Positions 47,151-58,601 are shown, counted from the stretch's first letter. The stretch is 64,000 bases of DNA from Salisapilia sapeloensis CBS 127946 (GCA_023334545.1 JAADVB010000073.1:1-64000), one strand, 5' to 3'. Translations and numbers: made by a program. Notes: generated from the letters alone by a model not told the origin.

Positions 47151-47613
47151 TAGCCTTTAGGCATGCCAGATGCACTAGACCCAGTCACTGTTTGCAGAGT
47201 TACCAATGAAGTTGGTGTTTCCTCCGACCTTACAACAAGGCTGCCTAAGAGTCACCTCAGAGGACGAGCGGAAATAGGGGTCCCGTCGTGGTATAATTGT
47301 CCGTTTTTCCTCACTTCCTGCTCCCAGCCGCCACCTGTACTCTTCGGGCCTTTTTTCATAGGCATCGAATCGAGGCGGATGCGGTATATATCCACATTAG
47401 ATTACGAGTCGGTCTCGAAGACGCACGTGGGATACATAGGCAGACGAACGAGTGGCGTCAGGAAGCATATCGGGCGCATCGAACTATCCACCATTTCCAA
47501 ACTTGCAAGCGTTTGAGCATCGACACTCATCTCGACCAAGTATCTGTCAACCCTCTGAGAACTTGAGTCTCACATTATTTTCTTCGCATAAAGCCTTTGA
47601 TACCACGAACAAC

Positions 47614-48168
47614 ATGGTGCTTTCCCAAGACGACATCCCGCGGGCTTCCAACCAGACTGAAAAGTGCCGCTACAAGACCGGCAAGTGCCACAACAAGCGC
47701 TCGCACAAGCGCAATGGACAGCAGCATCAATTGTGCCTATATCACCGAGACAAGGCCAATGAGATCCAACGCAAGTTTGATCGTCACAAGCGTTACGCTG
47801 AACGAGTCAAGAAAACCCAAGAAACGAGATCGTTTGATATGCAATTGCTATCGTCCGATAGCTCGCATGCTTTCAGCAGTAGCGGCTACTCGACTAAATC
47901 CCACGACTCCAATTTCTTCTCCTTCCAGAGAAACTCGGACTCGACGGATTCGGATATGAACAGCAGCCGCTGCTCGACGGAAAGTGACCGAAGCCAAGTG
48001 TCCTTTGTCGAGCAACTATGGAGTGAAATGGCGCCAGAAGAGATGGAGGATCTCTGTGGTGACATGCGGATGGCAGACCTGGAGCCTGTCACGATTGAAG
48101 AGCACGCCCGAGGCCACGCTCTATCGACCGATGAAATCGACTTTTTATGCTCCGCCATGCTCGAGTAA
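47614..48168 (+). CDS. Oomycete-family small protein with Cys/His motif (C-x-Y-x3-C-x-N-x-R-x2-K-x-NG-x2-H-x-LC-x2-H), putative zinc-binding nuclear regulator
   Basis: KCRYKTGKCHNKRSHKRNGQQHQLCLYHRDKANEIQRKFDRHKR followed by a Ser-rich, acidic tail. Confidence 0.7.
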   Translation: MVLSQDDIPRASNQTEKCRYKTGKCHNKRSHKRNGQQHQLCLYHRDKANEIQRKFDRHKRYAERVKKTQETRSFDMQLLSSDSSHAFSSSGYSTKSHDSNFFSFQRNSDSTDSDMNSSRCSTESDRSQVSFVEQLWSEMAPEEMEDLCGDMRMADLEPVTIEEHARGHALSTDEIDFLCSAMLE

Positions 48169-48711
48169 ACTGGATCAACGGCGGATTCATTGCTATATGT
48201 TTCGTACATTGATTGTACTGACTCGAGTTCCACCGCAAGAACTCCACTGGTCCGAAGTATGCAATCACTTTATCAGTTCTACTCTCCACCAGTACGCGTG
48301 TATTTTTGATAGATAATAAAATAAGAGGTAGCTCCTACAGACGAAAGATAGTGTGCTGGAGACTATCATCAATACAAAAAGTTTTGTTTATTCATATAAA
48401 TATATCGTTCCAACCGTTTCAAAGGATTGTTTTCTACTCTCTACTCGTCCGCTTAGGGATAGAGGCTATTATCCCCGTGACGTCGTTTTCAGCGCCACAT
48501 TGAACTCACTACGTTTTGTAGTTGACATTGCAATTCCCATCGCCGTCCACCCCATACGTATCTCATAAGCATACGGCAAGCCAGTTACGTACTACCTGTG
48601 CTTTTGCAACTCCATGACAAAGCAGTGACACTTTCTCTACCTGAACGTGACTCTCTCTATATACGACAATAGTTGTGCAACGCTAGACTTCTGTATCCAC
48701 CTTATTAGCCC

Positions 48712-51216
48712 ATGACCCAGGTGACGACGGCTCGAGTTGTCGTGTCCGAGTTTTCTGAAAACCACATCAAGATTCTGTACCTCATTAGCCTCTATGCTGT
48801 CGCTGCGAACTCGACCAAGATTAATGAGCGTTGGTTACGGCACATACCTTTGCTTGTGTTTATGTTCGAAGGCATTGTCACTGGTAAGCTTGACCTAGAT
48901 TACGCTCCAGCATCCGTAAGGTTGTCCGTGAAAGGGAAAGCATTGCGACGATGGATTAACGTATCAAGAGAAGGCAAGTCTGTGCTAGACGACTTGATAG
49001 ATGCTCAGCTTATTAATGGCATTAAACTTTCCAGTGATGACTTCCAACCGGTAACTGCGTACCAAGTTTCGGACAAGGGCGTGCAGCTTCTTCACGAGCG
49101 ACTGGAAGCGCAGGCACGGGAGGAGGTTGAGAGCTTCTTGTACCCGCCACCGCCTCAAGAACACAGGCTTTTAGTAATATTATATTCTGGAGATAAATTC
49201 TACTTGCGTGGAGGTGCTTTCAGCAAGGCGAGTTTAATCACCGAATGTGAGGATGTTTCGTACGTCTCCAGCCCGTACTTACCTCGTTGTCTACGTCGTA
49301 AAACGGGGTATCGTGTCCAACCCAATAGCAATAAACATCGAGCGAAAGAAAGCGCCGCTGGTCTGAGCAACATTACGTCAAATCCGAACGAGGAGATCGT
49401 ATTAGGGAACGTCTGTGCTCTAGTCGGAGAATGGGTTCCCTTCGGTTCAAATCAAATTGTCGCTTTAAATGAACGCATGGGATCGCTAGATCGATGTCAA
49501 GGTGGCATATTGACGAGCGCGATTGATAATTCCCCAACCGAAACCGAGTTTCGACTGCCTCTTGGTCAGACTGAAGTTCGAATTTTAGACTTTGATTTTG
49601 TCCGCTTTATCAACTTTGAAGCAGAATCCCATTTTCCAGAGTCCGAAGGCATTGTCCAAATCGAGAGCTTTGGAATGCATCTGAATTGCGATGGTTCACT
49701 CATATTTGGCATGGAAATCGATGCCATTATGGATCGAGCTAGTGACAACTTGTCCATTGATCACTTGTCTAGATTACTAGTGGACATTCACCAAGACTCG
49801 ACATTGCTCGTCAACGACTTGTTGTCCCAATACCAGCTCAGACTGCTTGATATGTTGTATTTGGGCGATTCGTATCAACGGAATAAGTATAACTGTCTAC
49901 TAGCAAGCCAGATAACCCCCAAACTCTCGGCAAAAGAGTACTTGGCATCGCCTTCTTTGGCAAATGAACTTGAACAGATCTTGGGTGACATCGTCATCGC
50001 TCATGATCTCACTTCAGACGATGTACTTCTTGTTGGCAAAGCAGGCTGTTTGGTAGCCGGACCTAATGCTTTCAAGCACGAGCATCTTGTCACTGCTTAC
50101 GTTGGACTCGTGTCACGTGATCTCTTTATCAAAAACTTTTTCGCCCGAACGTTTGTACTCGATGCAACATTGAAAGAAACAAAGTATCGCATTCACGCAT
50201 CTAGTTGGAAGAATCCACAGGTGACGATGGAAGTGCGGGACAAACTATCACAGGTATCAAGAGACACGATCTTACTAGCTGAGACACTTGAGTACTTGCT
50301 TGACTCGTTAAAAGATGTACAGTTAGTTCCGTTGAAGGAAATCACGGGAAACTTGTCAGCAAGGATAAGTGAGACAGGTCGACGCAATCAAGGAATTGAC
50401 GCTGGGTTACTGGATGTCTTGCAACTTGATGAACTGAAGAACCAGACGATCGTACGCTGCCATGATTGCGTAAAGCTCATGGAAAACGCTATGCTGCAGC
50501 TTGAACAGCTCCAAACGATTGCAAAAGGAACGGCTGCGAATCGATTGGAAGAATCTTGTCAGCGAGTTGGAAGGAACACGCACACGTTGGCAACGGCACA
50601 TCACCAACATCGATCTAACATTCTTCTAAAATTTCTCCGAGACCTTGTTGCCGGATTATTTGTTTTTGACGTAATTGATCGACTTACAGGAGGCACCTGG
50701 AATGTGCATCTGCCCAAGTGGGCAATCGATTCCATTGTTGCTCCAGTCATGCATCAACCTTTTGCGTGGTGGGGCATTAATATCCTCTGCTACGGCGGGT
50801 TTGCTTGCCTTTTGAGCTGGACAGCAAGATGGCTGTGGCATCAAACATTAGGGAAAACGGTGGTTACTGCCAATATCAACAAAGCGATCAAGTGGAAGCA
50901 TCTACAACGACTACTTGTACGTCGTGGCGTCATACTACAAACGATCACTTCTCAAATTGGTGGTCGCAACCACGCCGTGCAACCGTTTAAACGTCGTGTT
51001 ATTAAATGGCAAAGTCGTCGGGATGTACAATTGTGGGGCGGAAGCAGTCTTGAAATCGATTTTTCTTGTGATGAAAAGCATGAGTTCTTGTATGCCGTGT
51101 CTTTACATTTTGACGCGAACAAAACGACTCTACGAGATGAAGAGATCGTAGAGAGATTGCAAGAACTTTTCATCGCTGGAGACATCTTTGAAAGTGAAGA
51201 GAACTTGGTCGAATAA
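48712..51216 (+). CDS. Intronless 834-aa hypothetical membrane protein (N-terminal wHTH-like, C-terminal CorA-like helices plus 2 TM)
   Basis: Long clean ORF. Hydrophobic pair LVAGLFVFDVI and FAWWGINILCYGGFACLL. Domain interpretation is inference. Confidence 0.75.
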   Translation: MTQVTTARVVVSEFSENHIKILYLISLYAVAANSTKINERWLRHIPLLVFMFEGIVTGKLDLDYAPASVRLSVKGKALRRWINVSREGKSVLDDLIDAQLINGIKLSSDDFQPVTAYQVSDKGVQLLHERLEAQAREEVESFLYPPPPQEHRLLVILYSGDKFYLRGGAFSKASLITECEDVSYVSSPYLPRCLRRKTGYRVQPNSNKHRAKESAAGLSNITSNPNEEIVLGNVCALVGEWVPFGSNQIVALNERMGSLDRCQGGILTSAIDNSPTETEFRLPLGQTEVRILDFDFVRFINFEAESHFPESEGIVQIESFGMHLNCDGSLIFGMEIDAIMDRASDNLSIDHLSRLLVDIHQDSTLLVNDLLSQYQLRLLDMLYLGDSYQRNKYNCLLASQITPKLSAKEYLASPSLANELEQILGDIVIAHDLTSDDVLLVGKAGCLVAGPNAFKHEHLVTAYVGLVSRDLFIKNFFARTFVLDATLKETKYRIHASSWKNPQVTMEVRDKLSQVSRDTILLAETLEYLLDSLKDVQLVPLKEITGNLSARISETGRRNQGIDAGLLDVLQLDELKNQTIVRCHDCVKLMENAMLQLEQLQTIAKGTAANRLEESCQRVGRNTHTLATAHHQHRSNILLKFLRDLVAGLFVFDVIDRLTGGTWNVHLPKWAIDSIVAPVMHQPFAWWGINILCYGGFACLLSWTARWLWHQTLGKTVVTANINKAIKWKHLQRLLVRRGVILQTITSQIGGRNHAVQPFKRRVIKWQSRRDVQLWGGSSLEIDFSCDEKHEFLYAVSLHFDANKTTLRDEEIVERLQELFIAGDIFESEENLVE

Positions 51217-51278
51217 GATACAATAGAAAATTGTAATTGTAATTTATAAATGAAACCTGGCCGTCATCACATAGAGTT

Positions 51279-52472
51279 CTAGTTGATGAAACTAGAAAAG
51301 TTGGAGAATGCATCCTGGGCAGCGTTGACGAGCGACGTAAATCCTGGAGCCGAATCAGACAGTTGCGCTCCAAGCAGACTCACAACAGAAGTGATACTAG
51401 AACAGCCTTCCCCGTAGGTGACGCTTCCAAGGCCATCCGAGTAGACGAGGTTCATCTCCAAATTACTTAGTGCACGGCGAAAGAGGAAGTGCTCTGTTGC
51501 TCCCTTGTGATCTCCACTAATCTTGAACTCTACTCTCTGCCCTGTAATGAGAGCCGTGACGACTTTGCTCATGACGCCCCACGACCCTTTCCGCACTCGC
51601 TGCGTAAACACCTGCTTCGACTCACCTCGTGGGATCCCTCTATCTGGGTATTCCGATACCGCATATCCAAGTAGCTCGTCCTCGTATTTGACACTAAAGT
51701 TGAGTCGCCCAATTCCGTCCAGCCCCATGGACGACGGATTCGTGATGGTCGTGTTTAAAACCATGGTCAAGTTGTTCGTTTCGCATCCCGTGAGTTCAAT
51801 GCTGTCGACTTTTGGCGGTGGATCCATAAAATTGTTAAAGCCAAGTAGCTTCATTGATCGCTCGAACTCAATGTCATCTCGGGTAAATATCAAGGCATGC
51901 ACCTTTAAATCTCCCTTTAAAACAATTTCGATTGACTTACCCAGCATGAGAGCTTTTGTCATATCATCAAAATCATCCAGCTCAATGACATTGATTCGAC
52001 TGCTGATGTCGGTGATATTAAATTTGTGTACGCTGTCGTTTAGCTCAACTTGTGGAATACCGATTGTACCAAAGCTATCGTCATCTTCTTCTTCGTAAAT
52101 GAGCTCTAGGACAGTGGGATCCACTCGTGACTTGTAGTTGACGTGATGGTCAACTTCGACGGTCAATCGAGTGTCAAAGCCACTGCCATTAATCGCGACA
52201 ACGTCCATGGATTCGACTTTAATTTTAACGTCGTCAGCATTTTGTTGGAAGAGGTGATTGACGACGGGAAACCAGACGATGAGGAAAGCAGTCACAACAG
52301 TAAGGACGATGCTAGCAACAATGACGATAATTAAACAACTCTTCGTCGTGTAGCAGCAGCAATAGCGCTTTTTGCCACGATCGTACCGTGGCACATCATC
52401 CTCATCAAAGTCCTGTGGCTGTCCATTTTCATCGCAGTTCCGTAGCTCTTGTGTTTCTTCATAGGTTGTCAT
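51279..52472 (-). CDS. Type II membrane protein with LEA_2/DUF3712-like beta-rich repeats
   Basis: Acidic N-terminus, CCC cluster, single TM (IIVIVASIVLTVVTAFLIVWF), then ITNPSSMGL...LNFSVKYEDELLG...IPRGES. Confidence 0.65.
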   Translation of the reverse strand: MTTYEETQELRNCDENGQPQDFDEDDVPRYDRGKKRYCCCYTTKSCLIIVIVASIVLTVVTAFLIVWFPVVNHLFQQNADDVKIKVESMDVVAINGSGFDTRLTVEVDHHVNYKSRVDPTVLELIYEEEDDDSFGTIGIPQVELNDSVHKFNITDISSRINVIELDDFDDMTKALMLGKSIEIVLKGDLKVHALIFTRDDIEFERSMKLLGFNNFMDPPPKVDSIELTGCETNNLTMVLNTTITNPSSMGLDGIGRLNFSVKYEDELLGYAVSEYPDRGIPRGESKQVFTQRVRKGSWGVMSKVVTALITGQRVEFKISGDHKGATEHFLFRRALSNLEMNLVYSDGLGSVTYGEGCSSITSVVSLLGAQLSDSAPGFTSLVNAAQDAFSNFSSFIN

Positions 52473-52853
52473 GTGTACTAATTAGACGTTCTGCTCGCCG
52501 ATGCCTGTCGAGAGATCACGACGATGCCCTATCGAGTCACGAAGAACTGCTTATGTCATCTCATGTCGCTTTGTAATAATAGTTACATTGTGTGCTGGGA
52601 CAACAGTGGTCCGTTATAGTACATGCACAAACACAAAACGTGGACACGAAAGTGTGAATTAGCATTCGACGAGCTCAGCAGCGAGTCTTCCTCCTTTTTC
52701 TCGGTCTAGAGTGACTTCTCGTTTCTCAAAAGCCACTCAGTACCTAGCAGATCGCTGCGTTCGCTCTTCAGACGCTCTATTGTATAGATTTCCGACTATA
52801 CCAGCGTTTTGTAGTAAATCCCAAACTCGGCCACTCGATTTTCACCGATTTAT

Positions 52854-54929
52854 ATGATGCTACTCCGCCGAACGCTCCGTCATCGCCATTCTAGGCGACT
52901 ATGTCGTGCATTTTCGATGGCCACTCCTCCAATTGATGAAAATCAGCCTGCGAAGCCGCTTACACCAGCGCAATTGGGACCATACATAGCAGATGCCTTA
53001 CCTCGATTCGACCCTGTGCTCATCCGAAACTTTTCTGTCATCGCCCATATTGACCATGGCAAATCTACGCTGTCTGATCGACTGCTCGAAGTAAGCGGTA
53101 ACATTACGAAAGAGCAACGAGAAAGTGCTCAGCATTTGGACACGCTCCAAGTGGAGCGTGAGCGTGGAATCACTGTCAAGGCACAGACTGCATCCATGGT
53201 GTATTTTGACCGCGAAAAGAAAGTCACGTATTTGCTGAATTTGGTGGATACTCCAGGCCACGTTGACTTTAGCTATGAAGTCGATCGTTCCTTAGCAGCT
53301 TGTGAAGGCGTTCTTTTGCTTGTGGACTGTTCCCAAGGCGTCCAGGCACAAACGCTTGCCAATTACTACGCTGCCAAACATCGTAATTTGAGAATCATTC
53401 CTGTCCTGACGAAAATCGATGCGCCAAATGCACAGCTAGACGACAGTATCTTGAGCTTATCCAGTCTCTTGGATGTTGATCCGGATGACGTTCTCTTGAC
53501 TTCTGCGAAAACAGGCGATGGCATCGATGAGGTACTTCCGGCGATTGTTGACCGTCTACCTCCTCCAGACGTTACATGGGATGCTCCCCTGCGATGTCTC
53601 CTCGTTGACTCGTTTTACGATGATTATCGTGGCACGATATGCCTCGTGAAGGTCGTGGAAGGCGAGCTGCGAACGGGTGACAAGATCTGCAGTGCGCACC
53701 AAAACCAAAAGTATGACGTCCAAGAGACTGGTGTCTTACTACCTCACCGACAAAAGACCAAAGCTTTGTACGCCGGTCAAGTCGGGTACATTGTCGCTGG
53801 CATGAAGTCAACGAGTGAAGCCAAGGTGGGAGATACTTTCTACAAGGAAAATGTACCTGTGGAGCCACTACCTGGCTTCCAAGAAGCAAAGAGCATGGTC
53901 TTTGCATCTCTCTTTCCCACAGAAGACTCGACGTTTGACGACCTTCGGATTGCAGTCGAAAAGCTTCGACTGAACGACGCGAGTGTGACAGCGCATCAGG
54001 AGAGTAGTGGCGCACTAGGTATGGGCTTTCGATGTGGCTTCCTCGGGATGCTTCACATGGAAGTGTTTCGACAGCGACTGTCGGATGAACAGGGTATCCA
54101 GGTGTTGGTGACGGCGCCCATGGTTCCGTATCATGTCATCACGCCGGAAGGAGAAGAGTATGTAGCAGAGACGCCTGAAAGCTTCCCAGACCAGACCAAA
54201 TACTACAAAATTTTGGAACCGATGGTCGAGGCGTCAATGATCACACCGGCAGATTACCTTGGTCCGGTGCTGGCGTTGTGTCAGGAGAAGAGAGGTGTGC
54301 AGGATAATCTAGTCTACCTTGAAGACGGTCGAGTCGTCTTAACGATCCGAGTGCCGATGCAGGAGGTTGTGACCAACTTTTACAACGAACTCAAGACCGT
54401 GTCTTCTGGATATGGTACATGATGAACATGCGTACATGTGTAGAGTTAGAAACTGATGACAGTATGTACGTAGCGACACTGAACTATATCCAGGTGGACC
54501 CGCAAGTGTCAGATATTGTCAAAGTGGATGTCCTTATCAACGGCAAAGTGCTTGATGCACTCTCGTTCGTCTGCCATCGTAGCAAGGTACAGAAAACAAT
54601 GTCTTCTCCTATCATTCTTAATTTACAACAAAATGGCGTAGGCTACGACGGATGGAAGAGCGCTGTGTTTAAAGCTGAAGGAGGTGATTGATCGTCAGCA
54701 GTATGAGATCTCGATCCAGGCATCGCTGGCTGGAAAAGTGTTTGCGAAAGAGCGCATTGCACCATACCGTAAGGACGTGTTGGTAAAGTCGGGCAAGACG
54801 GTAGGAGGCGGAGATAGCACGAGAAAGAAAAAGCTGCTAGCGAAGCAGAAAGCGGGAAAGCGCCGGATGAAGACGGTGGGCAACGTTGAGCTGACCCAAG
54901 AAGCCTTCTGGTCCGTGTTATCCAAGTAG
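52854..54929 (+). CDS. GUF1: Mitochondrial translation factor GUF1 (LepA/EF4), two introns
   Basis: IRNFSVIAHIDHGKSTLSDRLLE, ERERGITVKAQ, LVDTPGHVDFSYEV, GFRCGFLGMLHM, GGGDSTRKKKLLAKQKAGKRRMK; Arg-rich presequence. Confidence 0.95.
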
Positions 54930-55128
54930 ATGTACCAAGCGAATAAATCGACAGATTCAATAGTGAGGAGGATCGTACATCGTGCCGTTACCTTGCTTCC
55001 TTTCAACTTGCGTACGATGACGTAGTCACATGGTACGGACAAAAAGCGAAAGAACTGTCGTGTTGCAATGTAGGCAAGAGACTTGGATACAGTAAGCGTG
55101 TTTATTGTATCAGTGCTCTTTCTACAGA

Positions 55129-56177
55129 TTAGCTTTGCGAATCCTTTTTCATGAACTCTAAAGCTTCCGACACGTCTTGGACCACCTTGTACGCTGGATG
55201 ATCGTCATCATTCTCCGGTCCAGGATGCATACCAGTAAGTGTCAAGATGGAACGCCAGCGACCGCCCATGCGGTTGGCACCTTGCACATCCGTGAGAGGA
55301 TTGTCGCCGATCATGTACAGCTTTTCAATGTCAGGGCTCTGACCGACCAAGAGGTTTTCAATGTACTGGAATGACGTCTCTTCCGGCTTGCCGAATTTGG
55401 TTTGATCGAGCTCGTGGCCGGTCGTGCGCTTGTACAAGTCCTCTACTGCCGTTCGGAAGGCTCCAGCACCGAAGCGAGGCAGGTGGAACTCCCCGACGTA
55501 GTGAAAGTCGGCGCAAGCAGAGTACAGTGGAATCTATTGGCACTGTCAGTACATACCTTAGCAGATACAGAACTATGGTTATATACCTGTTGCTTGTCAC
55601 TGACAGTTCCAAAGGCACCGTTCTCTGCAGTGATCGTATCAATGACGATCTGCAGATCACGGCCCCAGTAGAGTGGGTCTATGAGCACGAAGACAGCTCC
55701 AAAGCGTTGGTCCTTTAGGCGGTCATTATGCGGCTTGGGACCGTTGGGTGGCGGAAGGTCGGGGTAGAGAGTCGGGAAGTACTCGTGCATTTCTTCGGAG
55801 GTAACGACGTTGCGGAAACCGTAGTCAGCCATGATTTGATGCACATGGTTCGAGTCTTTACCGACTGCAAGCACCAATTCATCACGATGCTTTTCAGCTA
55901 GAGCTTGCATCGGCGTGTGGCTCATGCATACATTGCTCGACGGTATTTTAACATCCAAGAGAGACGACAATTGCTCTGCTTTGATTTCTTCCGGGTAGCC
56001 TCCTCCGTTCGTCATGACGGCGAACGGAATACGGTCATCTCGGAGCTGTTGCAGGACTTTGGAAGCACCTGGAATCGGCGTCTTGCCACGCAGCAGAACG
56101 CCATCAACGTCAAAGACGACGCCAAAGTTTGCCCGGCGGGCAGCTGTGCTCATTGCTCGCATCGCTGTCTTCATCAT
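55129..56177 (-). CDS. HDHD5: HAD-superfamily subfamily IIA hydrolase, CECR5/HDHD5-like, mitochondrial, multi-exon
   Basis: FGVVFDVDGVLLRG, MTNGGG, KFGKP, YMIGDNPLTDVQGAN. Confidence 0.9.
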
Positions 56178-56426
56178 GCAGCAAATCGAAGTATAACAAC
56201 ATTAGATGCGCAGTTTGTTAGAAAAATAGTATACACGGGGGGTACTTAGCACTTTTGTACTCAGAAACTACGCAAGATAGCTGAAGCTCTAGTAAGAGTG
56301 ACCTCGTCTCATTATAATAATTCGACTTTTAGCTGAATGCGCAAACGGATACGTTTCGATCATGGCTTGAACCACCGACATACCTTCATTATCGAATTCC
56401 TCCTCTATCCCTCAAGTACATTCACG

Positions 56427-58502
56427 ATGAGCACTCGGGAGACCAAGGGCCGCCGACCGCTTACGCTGCCAGAGAAAATCCTTACCAATTGGGCAGTCGG
56501 ACTGACCGAGCCAGAGGTCACGCCTGGCCAAATGCTGTGTGTTAAAGTGCAGTGGACATTGGCCTGTGAGATCACGTGGAAGTCCATGGACAAAACGTAT
56601 CAGGACATGGGCCGTCCGCGTATTTGGCGAAACGACCGCTTCTGGCTCGCAGTCGACCACACGGTCGATCCTCGTGTGAATGACAAGCCTCGTCAGAAAA
56701 TGATGATCGAAGCCAGTGAGAACTTTGCCAAGGAGGCGGAGCTGACCAACTACCAACCGCCAAACACCACTATCCTACACACCGAGTTCTACCGTCAACG
56801 TGCGCAGCCTGGCCAGATCGTTGTTGGAGCTGACAGCCACAGCTGCAGCACGGGAGGCCTGGGTGCCTTCGCTATCGGTCTCGGCGCTGCTGACGTAGTC
56901 ATGCCCCTCGTGACAGGCGAAACTTGGATCAAGGTACCGGAAACGGTCAAGATCGAGTTCGTGGGCGAGCTGCCTCCTGGCATGGGTGGCAAGGATGTCA
57001 TGCTGTACACGCTTGGCGAACTGAAATGCAACACGGTCGCCATCGGCCGTTGCGTCGAGTGGAGTGGCAACATTGCACAGCTCTCGTGCGATGCTCGTTT
57101 CGCCATTGCCAACATGACGGCCGAGTTTGGTGGTATCGCTGGTGTCTTCCCTGCCGACGAACGCACGGCGGCGTACGTTGCCAAGCGTCCGGACCACAAC
57201 AACGACTCGCTCTTCTTCCGTGCCGACGATGATGCCGAGTACGCTGAAGTGTACCAGATCGACCTATCCAACCTCGAGCCGCAAGTGGCGCTGTACCCGT
57301 CGCCGGACAACGTCCAGCCGGTCTCCCAATTGTCCGGCATGAAGCTCGACGGTTGCTTCATCGGTGCCTGCACCACTGCCGAAGAGGACCTGGTGCTCGG
57401 AGCACTCGTCCTCGAAGCCTGCATGAAGCAGGGCATGAAGCCAGTGGACCATGGCAAGCGCCGTGTTACGCCTGGCAGTCAGCGTATCATTGACAACTTG
57501 CGTCAGCACGGACTGATTGAGGTGTACGAGAAGGCTGGCTTCGTAATTGGTGCTCCTGGCTGCAGCTACTGCCTCGGTATCGCTGCCGATGTTGCTGGCG
57601 AGAACGAGGTCTGGCTCAGTTCCCAAAACCGAAACTACCGCAACCGAATGGGCAAAGGATCGATCGCGAACCTTGCGTCGGCCATCACGGTCGCAGCGTC
57701 TAGCTTCAGTATGGAAGTCACGGACCCTCGACCGTTCCTGCCGCACATTGACATTGAAAAGTTCAACGCAGCGGTGCCCAAACCTCCTTCGGCGGACTTT
57801 GAGATCGCGGACATCCATCCAGAGCTAGTGGGCGACAAGGGAGATGAGACCGATGGATCGGAGGACTCGACGTCTCTGTCCACTTTCTCCGGTCAGATCA
57901 ACGGCCGAGTGCAAACGTTTGGTGATAATATCGATACAGACGCCATCCTTCCTGGCGAGTACTTGACGGAGAATGACATGGAGAAACTCGGTCAAGTCGC
58001 TTTCCTACACACGAACCCAGACTTCCGTGACAAGGTGAAGCAGGGTCAGTCTGTCGTTGTCGCTGGGCACGGATTCGGGTGTGGATCGTCGAGAGAGCAG
58101 GCTGTCACGGCGCTGAAAGGAGCTGGTGTCCAGGCTTTGATCGCCCGTTCGTTCGGCTACATCTTCTCCCGGAACTACCAGAACTTTAGTCTGGTTGGCA
58201 TCCAACTGGATAACGACCGCTTCTATGAGTTGGCGACGGAGAACGCAGAGATCACGGTGAACATGGAAGGCCGGACGATTGAAGTGGGCGGTGAGACCTT
58301 CCGCTTCAACATGTCTCTGTTCGAAGAGAGGCTGCTCGCTGGTGGTGGCATCATGCCGCTGTACAAACAGTTTGGTAACCGACTTTTCCGAGTAGCGGTC
58401 AAGGACCCGTCGTCTTCCAAGGGTAGTTGTGGAAGCAATGATGGTTGTGGTCCGAAGGCACCGACAGCAGCAGCTGCTGGATCAGGTGATTTGTCGTGGT
58501 AG
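56427..58502 (+). CDS. Aconitase-family [4Fe-4S] hydro-lyase, fused LeuC/HacA-like plus LeuD/HacB-like, intronless
   Basis: LTLPEKIL, DH, GADSHSCSTGGLGAFAIGLG, FIGACTT and PGCSYCLG cluster ligands, SSQNRNYRNRMG; swivel domain DNIDTDAILP, FGCGSSREQA, ARSFGYIFSRN. Confidence 0.9.
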   Translation: MSTRETKGRRPLTLPEKILTNWAVGLTEPEVTPGQMLCVKVQWTLACEITWKSMDKTYQDMGRPRIWRNDRFWLAVDHTVDPRVNDKPRQKMMIEASENFAKEAELTNYQPPNTTILHTEFYRQRAQPGQIVVGADSHSCSTGGLGAFAIGLGAADVVMPLVTGETWIKVPETVKIEFVGELPPGMGGKDVMLYTLGELKCNTVAIGRCVEWSGNIAQLSCDARFAIANMTAEFGGIAGVFPADERTAAYVAKRPDHNNDSLFFRADDDAEYAEVYQIDLSNLEPQVALYPSPDNVQPVSQLSGMKLDGCFIGACTTAEEDLVLGALVLEACMKQGMKPVDHGKRRVTPGSQRIIDNLRQHGLIEVYEKAGFVIGAPGCSYCLGIAADVAGENEVWLSSQNRNYRNRMGKGSIANLASAITVAASSFSMEVTDPRPFLPHIDIEKFNAAVPKPPSADFEIADIHPELVGDKGDETDGSEDSTSLSTFSGQINGRVQTFGDNIDTDAILPGEYLTENDMEKLGQVAFLHTNPDFRDKVKQGQSVVVAGHGFGCGSSREQAVTALKGAGVQALIARSFGYIFSRNYQNFSLVGIQLDNDRFYELATENAEITVNMEGRTIEVGGETFRFNMSLFEERLLAGGGIMPLYKQFGNRLFRVAVKDPSSSKGSCGSNDGCGPKAPTAAAAGSGDLSW

Positions 58503-58601
58503 ATACTTTTGCTGTAGTCGATTTCCAAAAATATACTTGCATGAGGACGTAAGGACTATCTCCGATTTGGTTCTTTCTAGTAGTTTAGAATTTTAATCAC
58601 G

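Noticed and set aside
56383-56400. TTCATTATCGAATTCC as an INR/FPR element upstream of the LeuC/D-like gene
   Set aside because: Only a partial match to the consensus; plausible but not supportable.
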